37,171 bases of DNA from Saprospirales bacterium (GTDB taxonomy: Bacteria; Bacteroidota; Bacteroidia; Chitinophagales; Saprospiraceae): NCBI GenBank assembly GCA_003559985.1, contig PWJP01000241.1, positions 1 to 37,171 on the forward strand. Direction: 5' to 3'. Below, one piece after another: positions 27,366-36,300 of the stretch. The notes under the pieces are model-generated. The model was given only the letters and a program-made list of their open reading frames with translations, ran no database searches and was not told the origin of the DNA. Each line of letters starts with the position of its first letter. Within the stretch, counting starts at the first letter, position 1. The position numbers and the translations under genes are program-made.

Positions 27366-28442
27366 ATGCACTTTTTTAAAATAAATACATTGAAATTTTG
27401 CGCTGCATTGCTGGTTGTTTCTGCTATTATAGCTCTGCCGGCCTGTCAGCCTGGTGAATCCGAACCGGACTTTATCAATCTACGGGGTGAGACCATGGGT
27501 ACCATGTACAGCATCACCAGTGAGACGGACCTCCCTGCAAAAGAGCTCCAGGCTGATATTGACTCGCTTTTGGTTATTTTGAACAACCAACTTTCTACCT
27601 ACATTCCCGAAGCTACCATATCGAGGTTTAATCAGGCGGATTCTACCATAGAAATTTTGACGGCAGACGAGCCATTTTTTGTGGAAAATCTGATGATCAG
27701 TAAGCGGATATTCGGTGAAACAGATGGTTTGTTTGACCCGACTGTGATGCCCCTGGTCAATTACTGGGGTTTTGGATATACGGGGCATGAAGCGCCCGAA
27801 GCTATAGATTCTGCAGCGGTGGACAGCCTTTTGAAAAAAGTGGGATTTGACAAGGTGGACTTTAGCGTGGATGAGTACACGGAGGTGAGAAAAAAAATAC
27901 CGGGTGTTGAACTGGACTTCAGTGCAGTGGCCAAAGGGTATGCAGTAGATGTGGTGGCCAATTACCTTGCTCAAAACGAGGTGCAAAATTTCCTGGTAGA
28001 TATAGGAGGTGAAGTGTGTGTTCAAGGTCCGGGTAGAAGGGGCAGTGGATGGGTCCTCGGGATATCCACCCCCGATCCGACTGCAGACGGGGAGAGTATT
28101 TCTCAGCGCCTGATATTGAACCGGGGCTGCGTGGCCACATCCGGAAATTATCGCAATTTCAGAATGGTGGATGACAGTCCGGTGGGTCACACCATTAACC
28201 CTCGCACAGGCTTTCCCGAAATGAATAACTTACTCAGTGTAACCATCTGGACATCCACTGCTGCCGCAGCAGATGCTTACGCCACAGCATGTTTGGTAGC
28301 CGGGTTCCCCGCTGCAAAGGAATTGATAGAGGAGTTTGAAGGATTGGAGGGGTATTTTATTTATTTGGATGAGGATGGAAAAGTCCAGCACGCATGGACC
28401 GAGGATTTTTCACCTCTTGTGGTGGAAGAGGAAATAAATTGA
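27366..28442 (+). CDS. apbE: FAD:protein FMN transferase (ApbE family) lipoprotein
   Basis: Lipobox IALPACQ, then GETMGTMYSIT, ISRFN, FDPTVMPLVNYWGFG, DFSAVAKGYAVD, LVDIGGEV, VATSGNYRNF, GHTINPRTG, and AAADAYATA. Confidence 0.9.
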   Translation: MHFFKINTLKFCAALLVVSAIIALPACQPGESEPDFINLRGETMGTMYSITSETDLPAKELQADIDSLLVILNNQLSTYIPEATISRFNQADSTIEILTADEPFFVENLMISKRIFGETDGLFDPTVMPLVNYWGFGYTGHEAPEAIDSAAVDSLLKKVGFDKVDFSVDEYTEVRKKIPGVELDFSAVAKGYAVDVVANYLAQNEVQNFLVDIGGEVCVQGPGRRGSGWVLGISTPDPTADGESISQRLILNRGCVATSGNYRNFRMVDDSPVGHTINPRTGFPEMNNLLSVTIWTSTAAAADAYATACLVAGFPAAKELIEEFEGLEGYFIYLDEDGKVQHAWTEDFSPLVVEEEIN

Positions 28443-28536
28443 CCGGTGACCGATAATTTCAATCAGTCCAACTTGTCCTCACTTTTGTGAAACCTAATGT
28501 GGTCGCATATTGCATAAACCCATTAAACATATAGAC

Positions 28537-29358
28537 ATGAAACTCAATTTGACAAAAGACCTCTGCTTTCTGGATATTGAAGCCACCGGACTGCACGTAA
28601 TCCGGGACCGGATCATTCAATTGGGAATGATGAAGTACAGCCCGGGAAAAAGTGAGCCCGAAGTACTTGACATTCTGGTAAATCCCGGTAAACCCATTTC
28701 TAAAGAGGCCATTCAAGTACACGGAATTTCCGAAGAGGATGTGGCAGAAAAGCCTCCTTTCTCAGAGCACGCAGCTGAGGTGATGGAATTCATCGGAGAG
28801 GCCGATCTGGCAGGTTACAATATATCCGGTTATGACCTTCCCATGCTGATGGAAGAACTATACCGCGCCGGGCATGAATTGAATATGGAAGGCCGAAGAC
28901 TGGTGGACGTCCAGCGCATTTTTTACAAGATGGAGCCCAGGAATCTGGCTGCTGCCTACCGTTTTTACTGTGGTAAAAATATGGAGAAATCTCATGAAGC
29001 TATGGCCGATGTGCGCGCAACTGCTGAAGTACTCATGGGGCAAGTCGAAAAATACGAAGGTGTAAATCTGGAAACCGATGACGGAAAGGTAATAGAGGAG
29101 CCCGTGCGAAACGATGTGGAGGCACTACACGACTTTACGCGAGATTATAATATGATTGATGCCACCCGAAGGTTGAAGTACAACCACAAAGGAGAGGTGG
29201 TATTTAATTTTGGAAAATACGCCGGAAAACCCGCGGCTCCGATACTGAGCAAAGACAAGAATTACTTCAACTGGATATTGCAGAAAGATTTTTCCTATCA
29301 GGTGAAGACCATGGTCAAAAAACTGGTCAAAGAATACCGGGAAAACAATGAGGAATAG
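28537..29358 (+). CDS. DnaQ/DEDDh-type 3'-5' exonuclease with a C-terminal extension
   Basis: ExoI reads FLDIEATGL, ExoII reads LAGYNISGYDLPMLMEE, and ExoIII reads HEAMADVRATAEV. The C-terminal FNFGKYAGKPAAPILSKDKNYFNWIL resembles the small domain found at the end of ExoX-like proteins. The ATG at 28537 is preferred to the TTG at 28510. Confidence 0.85.
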   Translation: MKLNLTKDLCFLDIEATGLHVIRDRIIQLGMMKYSPGKSEPEVLDILVNPGKPISKEAIQVHGISEEDVAEKPPFSEHAAEVMEFIGEADLAGYNISGYDLPMLMEELYRAGHELNMEGRRLVDVQRIFYKMEPRNLAAAYRFYCGKNMEKSHEAMADVRATAEVLMGQVEKYEGVNLETDDGKVIEEPVRNDVEALHDFTRDYNMIDATRRLKYNHKGEVVFNFGKYAGKPAAPILSKDKNYFNWILQKDFSYQVKTMVKKLVKEYRENNEE

Positions 29359-30160
29359 GTTTTTTTTATTGGCTTTGGGGGCGCTGTTGTTGCCGCTGTT
29401 TTTTTCTTCCTGCTACGAGCGGCAAGAGGGCTGTACAGATTTCAACGCTGTGAATTTCAATGCCTCGGCAGATGACAATTGCTGTTGCAATTATCCGGAA
29501 TTCAGCTTTCAACTCCAGCACCGATTTGGGGCTGACAGCGTTCGGTTTTTTACCGACTCTGTTTATACTTTTGACAATGGACTTGAGGTCAACATTCTTT
29601 CCTTCGAATTGCTCGCCAGTAATTTTTTTCTGGAAAAAGAAAGCGGTGAGCGTCAAATGGTCGATAATACGCTGGAATTCTCCTCTGTGGATGGTATCTC
29701 ATGCCCCTGTCCAGACGACTTGTTTATTATTGACCCCAATTCTTTCAACGCTGCGCCCGGTGAAATATCCCGTCCCGGAAACTACACCGGTCTTGGCTTT
29801 TCATCCGGCACCCCGGAGGAATGGCAGGTTTTGACACCGGATGATTTTGAAGCGATTTACCCCCTGGTCGAAGAGGAGCGGTATGACGAAGAGTTGATGG
29901 ATTTTTACTCACTGAGAGCGATGATTGCCTTTCCCAATGCTACTTCCGATCCCTTAGAAATTAATATCCCGGCCTGGCGCTCAAGCCTGTTTTTTGAAGA
30001 AAATCTCATTCTCGAAACAGCGGAAAACTTCTCCGCAACCCTCAGAATCAATTACAAAACGTGGTTGGGTGGTTTGGAGGCTGGAAATGTGAGTGAGGAA
30101 ACTGTGGTTGATCTATTGACCACCAACCTGGAGGACGCCCTTGAACTCATAGTCGAATAG
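29348..30160 (+). CDS. Hypothetical Cys-rich lipoprotein
   Basis: The signal and lipobox (LLPLFFSSC) are followed by CTDFNAVNFNASADDNCCCNY. It overlaps the exonuclease gene by 11 nt. The family is not confidently recognised. Confidence 0.65.
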   Translation: MRNRFFLLALGALLLPLFFSSCYERQEGCTDFNAVNFNASADDNCCCNYPEFSFQLQHRFGADSVRFFTDSVYTFDNGLEVNILSFELLASNFFLEKESGERQMVDNTLEFSSVDGISCPCPDDLFIIDPNSFNAAPGEISRPGNYTGLGFSSGTPEEWQVLTPDDFEAIYPLVEEERYDEELMDFYSLRAMIAFPNATSDPLEINIPAWRSSLFFEENLILETAENFSATLRINYKTWLGGLEAGNVSEETVVDLLTTNLEDALELIVE

Positions 30161-30303
30161 CTGTAATTATTTTAATTTTTTTCCAGTCTCATTTTAATGC
30201 ATAATGCATTGATAATTAAGTTAAAGTAGGTTTATGTTACACATTAAAAAAAATAAATATGTTAAAATTCTTCTGAAGACATACATATTACAAATAATCG
30301 TAA

Positions 30304-30311
30304 TATATTTG
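30304..30311 (+). promoter_or_regulatory. Candidate -7 box (TATATTTG) for the 800-aa T9SS cargo gene
   Basis: An exact TAnnTTTG match 86 nt upstream of the ATG at 30397. No clear -33 element is present. Confidence 0.3.
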
Positions 30312-30396
30312 CGGTGTCCGAAGGGACAAAAACCACAGTAAGCTATAATTCTTTTCCATCCCCACTGGAATAGTTAACCCTTAAAATTCTTTAGAT

Positions 30397-32799
30397 ATGA
30401 AAAGAGTTGTACTTACACAGCTAATTGCATGCTTATTTTTAATTGGCATTACACCATTCGAGAGTCAGGCGGAGGTTGGTGAGAATTCAAATAATTCGAC
30501 TACCTATCTCGTCTGCCCTGACGATGTGCATTTGACATGCGGTGAGGATTTGAGCGACCTGGACCAGTACGGTCAGGCCTACATTCACGGTTGCGGAACA
30601 TATTATCCCGCCCCGCCTCCACATGTTGAGTACCATACCAGTCCTTGCGGAACCGGTTACATTAAAAGGACCTGGACGGTGCTGCTTTGTTGTGGCACTT
30701 ATCACAGTTGCAGTCAGTATATACATATATACGGGAAGTCATTTGACAGTGATAATATCATTTGGCCGGCAGATTATATGACGGATGAATGTGATGCGCA
30801 ACTCAGTCCGCAACATTTACCCGACAGTTTTAATTTCCCGGTATTTGTCGATGTGGAGTGTGGGAATCCTCTTTTCAGTTACAATGACTGGGAGTTTAAG
30901 AAGGGCGATTCAGGCTGTAAAAAGATTATTCGTAATTGGTCTGTAATTGATTGTTACACTTACGATCCAAATTCACCGGATCAAAAAGGCAGGTGGGAAC
31001 ACACCCAGATTATCAAGGTGAAAATTATGGAGGAGCCGGAGATAGATTGTCCCGATGAGATCATAGCAAATACCGATTTATTCAGTTGTGATGGTGCGGA
31101 AGTGGATTTTCCCGCTGTGGAAGGTACCGGAGCCTGTGGAGAAGATTTGAAAGTGACGAATGATTATCCGTGGGCGGTATCGGATACGGATGCAAGTGGT
31201 TTTTATCCACTGGGCACCACGGTAGTTACTTTTACTGCAAAAGACGACTGCGGAAATGTGGGAACTTGCAAGACTGAGGTAACCGTAAAAGATCAAATTC
31301 CTCCGACACCTGTTTGCCACCATGGAATTTCATCCACACTGAAGGAACATGCAGATGGATATTATCTTGACCTTAAACCTGAGTGGTTTGACAGAAACAG
31401 TTTTGACAATTGTACGCCCAACAACAAATTGAATTTTGAGGTGTCCCCTGAAAGGGTTTTTTGTGATGACCTTCCCGAGGTGGAAGTAACACTTACGGTG
31501 ATCGATGAATCAGGAAATAGTAACTTTTGTATTACTTATTTAAAATTAACCGACAATAAAGGGAACTGCGGACCGGACTCCCTCATTGCAGGAGGTACAA
31601 TTTCCTCGTCATTTGGTGGTCATATCTCAGGACAGGTATTTGTTTCACTTAAGGATGAAGAGGATGAAGTGGTTGCGGAGACTATTTCAAATGGAGATGA
31701 GTTCCGCTTTGAAGAACTGCCCTCCAGAGATTATTTAAAAGTTATTCCCTCCACCAATGACAACCCACAAGGCAATGTCACCACTTTTGACCTTTTGCTA
31801 TTGCAGATGTATATAACAGGATTTTGGACTCCTGAGAATCCAGCCCAGTTAATTGCAGCCGATGTGGATAAATCAGGTACCATTGATGTAGTTGATCTCG
31901 CTCATTTGAGGAATGTGATTTTGGGTAGAGCTGAAAATTTTCCGGGAGGTGATGCGTGGAGATTTTACGATGCAAATTACAGTTTTACTGATCGTCAAAA
32001 CCCGCATCACGACAACCTACCTGAACTAATTGAGATATTTGATTTTGAAGATCATATCACAGGCATTGATTTCAATGCTGTAAAACTGGGATGTCTAAGC
32101 TGTGTAAATCAATCAGGTGCTGATGCCGGGAGCGAAAACCGGTCTGTATCTGATCGCGTGTTTTCAGTAGATGTCACTTCCAGCAATGACGTTCAACCCA
32201 TTATCCTTTCACCGGTTGAGAGGGAATCCATCTTCGGGCTGCATTTTGCATGGCCTCTGGGTAATAACAATGAATTACTGGAGATAAATTCGGAAGTGAT
32301 TCCGGAATCAGCACTTCACTATGAGGTAGATGAGAGCAACAATCTGAGGGTTAGTGTGGCCAATACTTACAAAATAGATATTAATAAAGGCGAACCTGTA
32401 CTTGAAATAGTACTTGCTGAAAATCCGGCTTCCTGGTCTTCAGAAACACTAGACAACCAAATCTACTCCAACCTTGCTGAGGCAGACAATCTTGTTTTTG
32501 AAATCATGGAAAGTGAAACCGGTGCAGAATTGGTCCATCGTTCACTCAGTGTTTTTCCCAACCCAACCAATGGCATTTTGAATATTGAATTGCCTGAGTT
32601 GGATGCTCTCGAAAATACCGCAAAGGCAGAGGTGTACGACCTGAATGGCCGACTTTTAATGTCCCGTTCATTTGATATCCATAGACAGGGCGGTGAGCTT
32701 CTTCAGATGGATATTGAAAATCTGTCTTCAGGTATGTATCTATTGAGAGTTAATACCGGGACATTCAACGATGCGCTGAGATTCATCAAGACCGATTGA
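30397..32799 (+). CDS. Modular secreted adhesin-like protein: Cys-framed Ig/HYR-like modules, CarboxypepD_reg-like plus dockerin-like segment, T9SS type A (Por_Secre_tail) C-terminal domain
   Basis: A signal peptide is followed by modules ending in ...KRTW.V..C....C.Q.I.I and an HYR-like FYPLGTTVVTFTAKDDCGNVGTCKTEVTVKD. A dockerin/EF-hand-like DVDKSGTIDVVDLAHLRNVILG is present. The C-terminus VFPNPTNGILNIEL...VYDLNGRLL...SGMYLLRVNTG is typical of the type A CTD. Confidence 0.9.
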   Translation: MKRVVLTQLIACLFLIGITPFESQAEVGENSNNSTTYLVCPDDVHLTCGEDLSDLDQYGQAYIHGCGTYYPAPPPHVEYHTSPCGTGYIKRTWTVLLCCGTYHSCSQYIHIYGKSFDSDNIIWPADYMTDECDAQLSPQHLPDSFNFPVFVDVECGNPLFSYNDWEFKKGDSGCKKIIRNWSVIDCYTYDPNSPDQKGRWEHTQIIKVKIMEEPEIDCPDEIIANTDLFSCDGAEVDFPAVEGTGACGEDLKVTNDYPWAVSDTDASGFYPLGTTVVTFTAKDDCGNVGTCKTEVTVKDQIPPTPVCHHGISSTLKEHADGYYLDLKPEWFDRNSFDNCTPNNKLNFEVSPERVFCDDLPEVEVTLTVIDESGNSNFCITYLKLTDNKGNCGPDSLIAGGTISSSFGGHISGQVFVSLKDEEDEVVAETISNGDEFRFEELPSRDYLKVIPSTNDNPQGNVTTFDLLLLQMYITGFWTPENPAQLIAADVDKSGTIDVVDLAHLRNVILGRAENFPGGDAWRFYDANYSFTDRQNPHHDNLPELIEIFDFEDHITGIDFNAVKLGCLSCVNQSGADAGSENRSVSDRVFSVDVTSSNDVQPIILSPVERESIFGLHFAWPLGNNNELLEINSEVIPESALHYEVDESNNLRVSVANTYKIDINKGEPVLEIVLAENPASWSSETLDNQIYSNLAEADNLVFEIMESETGAELVHRSLSVFPNPTNGILNIELPELDALENTAKAEVYDLNGRLLMSRSFDIHRQGGELLQMDIENLSSGMYLLRVNTGTFNDALRFIKTD

Positions 32800-32845
32800 A
32801 AACAACAGAATTATTAAGGGTGAATGAGTGAATATAAAGCAATTA

Positions 32846-32890
32846 AGCCGGAAGTCATGAATGCAGGATTTTGCAGATTGGCTTCCGGTT
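32846..32890 (+). terminator. Possible weak terminator hairpin after the 800-aa gene
   Basis: A 9-bp stem (AGCCGGAAG 32846-32854 pairs with CTTCCGGTT 32882-32890, one G-U pair) with a large 27-nt loop. No clear T-run follows. Confidence 0.25.
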
Positions 32891-32974
32891 ACATTGATCA
32901 ATTCATGAGCCACACTTGATATTTGTATTTTTCATATACGATAAAAATTTATTTTAAAATTCGCAAGCAATAGA

Positions 32975-33005
32975 TTGTTAGATTAAAACATATTATATAA
33001 ATTTG
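32975..33005 (+). promoter_or_regulatory. Bacteroidota-type promoter (TTG-N20-TAAATTTG) about 300 nt upstream of the giant HYR gene
   Basis: TTG at 32975-32977 and TAAATTTG at 32998-33005. I saw no other TAnnTTTG box between here and the ATG at 33309. Confidence 0.45.
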
Positions 33006-33163
33006 TAATGTGTAAATGCAGGTGCCACGTCTGCTCCCTTCCCAAAAACTTGATTAATAGCATGATTGCGAATTTTTGCGCGCAATGAGTCGCGCAGATT
33101 TACAGGATTTCCGGCGATAAGCCGGGGAATCTTGATTAACCAGGCATAGATTATAGAGAGAGA

Positions 33164-33187
33164 TAGTTAGTTTGTTAGTTAGTTAGA
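33164..33187 (+). repeat. Imperfect tetranucleotide tract (TAGT)2 TTGT (TAGT)2 TAGA, preceded by (AG)4
   Basis: Read directly from the sequence: TAGTTAGTTTGTTAGTTAGTTAGA. It places TAG stop codons in all three forward frames. Confidence 0.8.
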
Positions 33188-33233
33188 TTTTCTTTTGTCA
33201 TCTGTTGCCAACCTGAAACCTTACCTGAATTGA

Positions 33234-33275
33234 CGGCGTTCAAAGGGTCCAAGATCCTTTGAATAGCCGCTTTTT
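33234..33275 (+). terminator. Intrinsic-terminator-like hairpin within the leader of the giant HYR gene (possible attenuator or sRNA 3' end)
   Basis: TTCAAAGG (33239-33246) pairs with CCTTTGAA (33256-33263). The stem is extended by CGGC (33234-33237) pairing with GCCG (33266-33269) across a small internal loop. It is followed by C TTTTT (33271-33275) and further T-runs. The ATG at 33309 lies 34 nt downstream. Confidence 0.45.
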
Positions 33276-33308
33276 GGGGTTTATTTTTTTATTAAAATAC
33301 ACGGGATT

Positions 33309-36300
33309 ATGAGATCCAAAAGATTTACTCGCGCACTTATGATGATGGCTTTTTTAATAGCTATCTCATTTCAAGTTCAGAAACTTTCATCAGCGAATGC
33401 AGCTATGTCAATTAGTTGCTTTCAGAATGTTCAAATATCTCTTTCAGGGAGTGGAGAAGCTACCATACTTCCTGAGATGATACTATCCGGAAGTCATCCT
33501 GACTACAGCATATTTACTGTGTCGATCATTGATCCACCTGTAGGTGGAGATGTGGTGGATTGTTCGTTTTTGAATGAGACCATTTCTGTGATGGTGACCA
33601 ACAACAATACTAACAATTCCTGTTGGGGCCTGGTGTCGATCGAAGACAAGAGTGATCCGGTGATTGAGTGCTCCGATAAAGTGCTCCCGTGTTATGAAAG
33701 CGTTGATTTTGACGATATATACATTTTACTAGATACCCTTTACGATAATTGTACAGAAACTACAGACATTGATCTTTGGTATTCACAGGTAATTCACGGA
33801 TTGAGTTGTGATCCGAATTACAGTGCATATTTAGTGAGAACCTGGACAGCTACTGATGAATCCGGTAATAGTGCTACATGTGAGCAAACAATTTACTTTG
33901 AACGAGGTAGTGTAAGTGATATAGATTTTCCTCAGGATACTGTTGTGGATTGTCCACAAGCCGATTTGAGTCCCTCGGTTTTCGGATATCCTACCATAGA
34001 TGGAAATGCAATAGGGGGCTTTTGTGAGCTGGCGGTTGAATTTTCCGATGAAATTGTGCCATTGTGTGGTAACTCTTTCAAGCTGAAAAGGACCTGGCAG
34101 GCCATTGAGTGGTGTATGGTTGAATTCGAGACCCATAAACAAATTATTGAGGTCATAGATACGATCCCACCGGTTGTAAGCTGTCCGGCTACCCAAACAG
34201 TTTTCACCGGAACACAGGTTTGTGAAGGAACTCATATTTTACCTTCAATATCCGTTGAAGATGCCTGCAGTGATGTTCAGGATATAGATATTAATTTCCG
34301 CATTGAGGGGGTCCTTATTCAGGACCCAATGGTGGTTTTACCTGTTGGTGAACACACGGTCGAGGTCGAGGCGGTGGACCCCTGTTTCAACTCTGCTACA
34401 TGTGAATACACTGTAATTGTGGAAGACAATGTCAGTCCCGTGCTGGTTTGTCACAATATAGTAGTTCCACTAAACAACAATGGAGACCAGGTGACGATTG
34501 GTGTCGATAATATTGTTGGAGACTTTACAATAACAGATAACTGCGGGATTGCTAATGTGGAAGTACGCCGAATGACAGATGAATGCGGGAATCCCGATGA
34601 TTTAGATTTTGGTGAGACCGTAACTGTATGCTGTGAGGATGTGAGCAGTGGCGCGATGGTTGAAGTTCAGGCTACGGATGTTCACGGCAATACCAATTCC
34701 TGCATGTTTGAAATTGAGGTCCAGGATAAGGCACCCCCTGTTATTACATTTTGTCCGCCTGACACGACTATTAACTGCGATGATGAAATGGATGACCTGA
34801 CAATTTACGGCCAGGCAGAAGCAGAGGACAATTGCGAGGTAATATTTTCAGAATTCTCTGTATCAGATATTGATGAGTGCTTAGAAGGCACGATTTTTAG
34901 GACAATTATCGCTTCCGATGCTGGCGGAAACGCAGATTCTTGTGTCCAGGAAATAACGGTTGTCAATCCTTTTGAGATTGAATCCGATGATATTGAATGG
35001 CCCGAGGACCTGGAAATTACTGATTGCAAGCCAGATTTAAGTCCTGAAGTGCTCAATAGCTTTCCGGAGGTTATGGTGCCACACTGCCCTGTAGCAGTGG
35101 GAATTAATTTTGAGGATGAAATAATAGGGGCCGATGAGCCCTGTTTGACCATAGAAAGGACCTGGGAAGTATTTGATTCATGCAAAAACGAGGTCACAGA
35201 GACTCACCTTCAGACCATAGTTGTGAAAAACAATGCTCCTCCTGTACTCACCGGCCCGAGTGATACCACCTTTTTTGCAACCGAAGACAATTGTTCCTTT
35301 TTTATTGAATTAGAACCAGTGGAGTCTGACGACTGCTCAACAGATTTGGACATTGAGAACGATTACAATGACCAGGGTGCTGAAATTCAGGATGATTTCG
35401 AAGTAGGTGTTACCACTGTGACCTATACAGCCACCGATGCATGTGGTAACACCTCTGAATGGACGGTCACTATCACAGTAATAGATGATGTACCCCCAAC
35501 AGTGGATTGCCCGGAAGATATCACTGCAGAGAATGACGAGGGCGAATGTGGAGCCGAGGTTCCTTGGATTGAGCCAGTAGCTGAGGACAATTGTCCGGGT
35601 GTTGAATTGAGTTCTACCCATGAGCCTGGTGACTTTTTTGAAGTGGGTACCACCACAGTGACATACACAGCCACCGATGCGGCCGGGAATACAGCTGAAT
35701 GCAGTTTTGATGTGACCGTTATTGATTCAGAGGATCCTGTCATTTTGGATTGCCCATCAAATATTACCGAAGAAAACGACCCAGGTGAATGCGGAGCAGA
35801 GGTCACATGGGATGAGCCTGAGCCTGTTGATAATTGTCCCGATGTTGAATTGAGTTCTACCCATGAGCCTGGCGACTTTTTTGAAGTGGGTACCACCACA
35901 GTGACATACACGGCCACTGATGCAGCCGGGAATACAGCTGAATGCAGTTTTAATGTAACAGTTGAAGACACTGAAAATCCTATAATAATTAATTGCCCTC
36001 AGGATGGATTTGGAGAAAACGAAGAGGGTGAATGCGGCTCGATTATGATTTGGCCGGAGCCGGATGCCATTGACAATTGTCCGGGTGCAGAGCTGAGTTC
36101 TACCCATGAGTCAGGTGACTTTTTTGAAGTGGGAACTACGACAGTGATTTACACCGCGACAGATGTTGCAGGTAATACAACAACCTGTAGTTTTGAGGTC
36201 ACCGTTGTGGATGTGGAGCCTCCAGTCATCATTGATTGCCCGGAGGATATTGTGATGGAAAATGATGCGGATGATTGCGGCGCGATCGTTGAGTGGACTG

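Noticed and set aside
30196-30210. A perfect 7-1-7 palindrome AATGCAT-A-ATGCATT upstream of the 30397 gene, and TTTTGCA-A-TGCAAAA at 18446-18460. Both could be operators.
   Set aside because: About two such palindromes are expected by chance in a window this size, and more in AT-rich spacers. The second overlaps a predicted -7 box, which already explains part of its sequence. They may be real sites, but the sequence alone does not support that.
33049-33139. A 9-nt direct repeat, CTTGATTAA, at 33049-33057 and 33131-33139, flanking the first two leader hairpins. I considered target-site duplication or an insertion remnant.
   Set aside because: The chance probability within a 300-nt AT-rich region is not negligible (order 0.1-0.2). 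Nothing between the copies resembles a mobile element.
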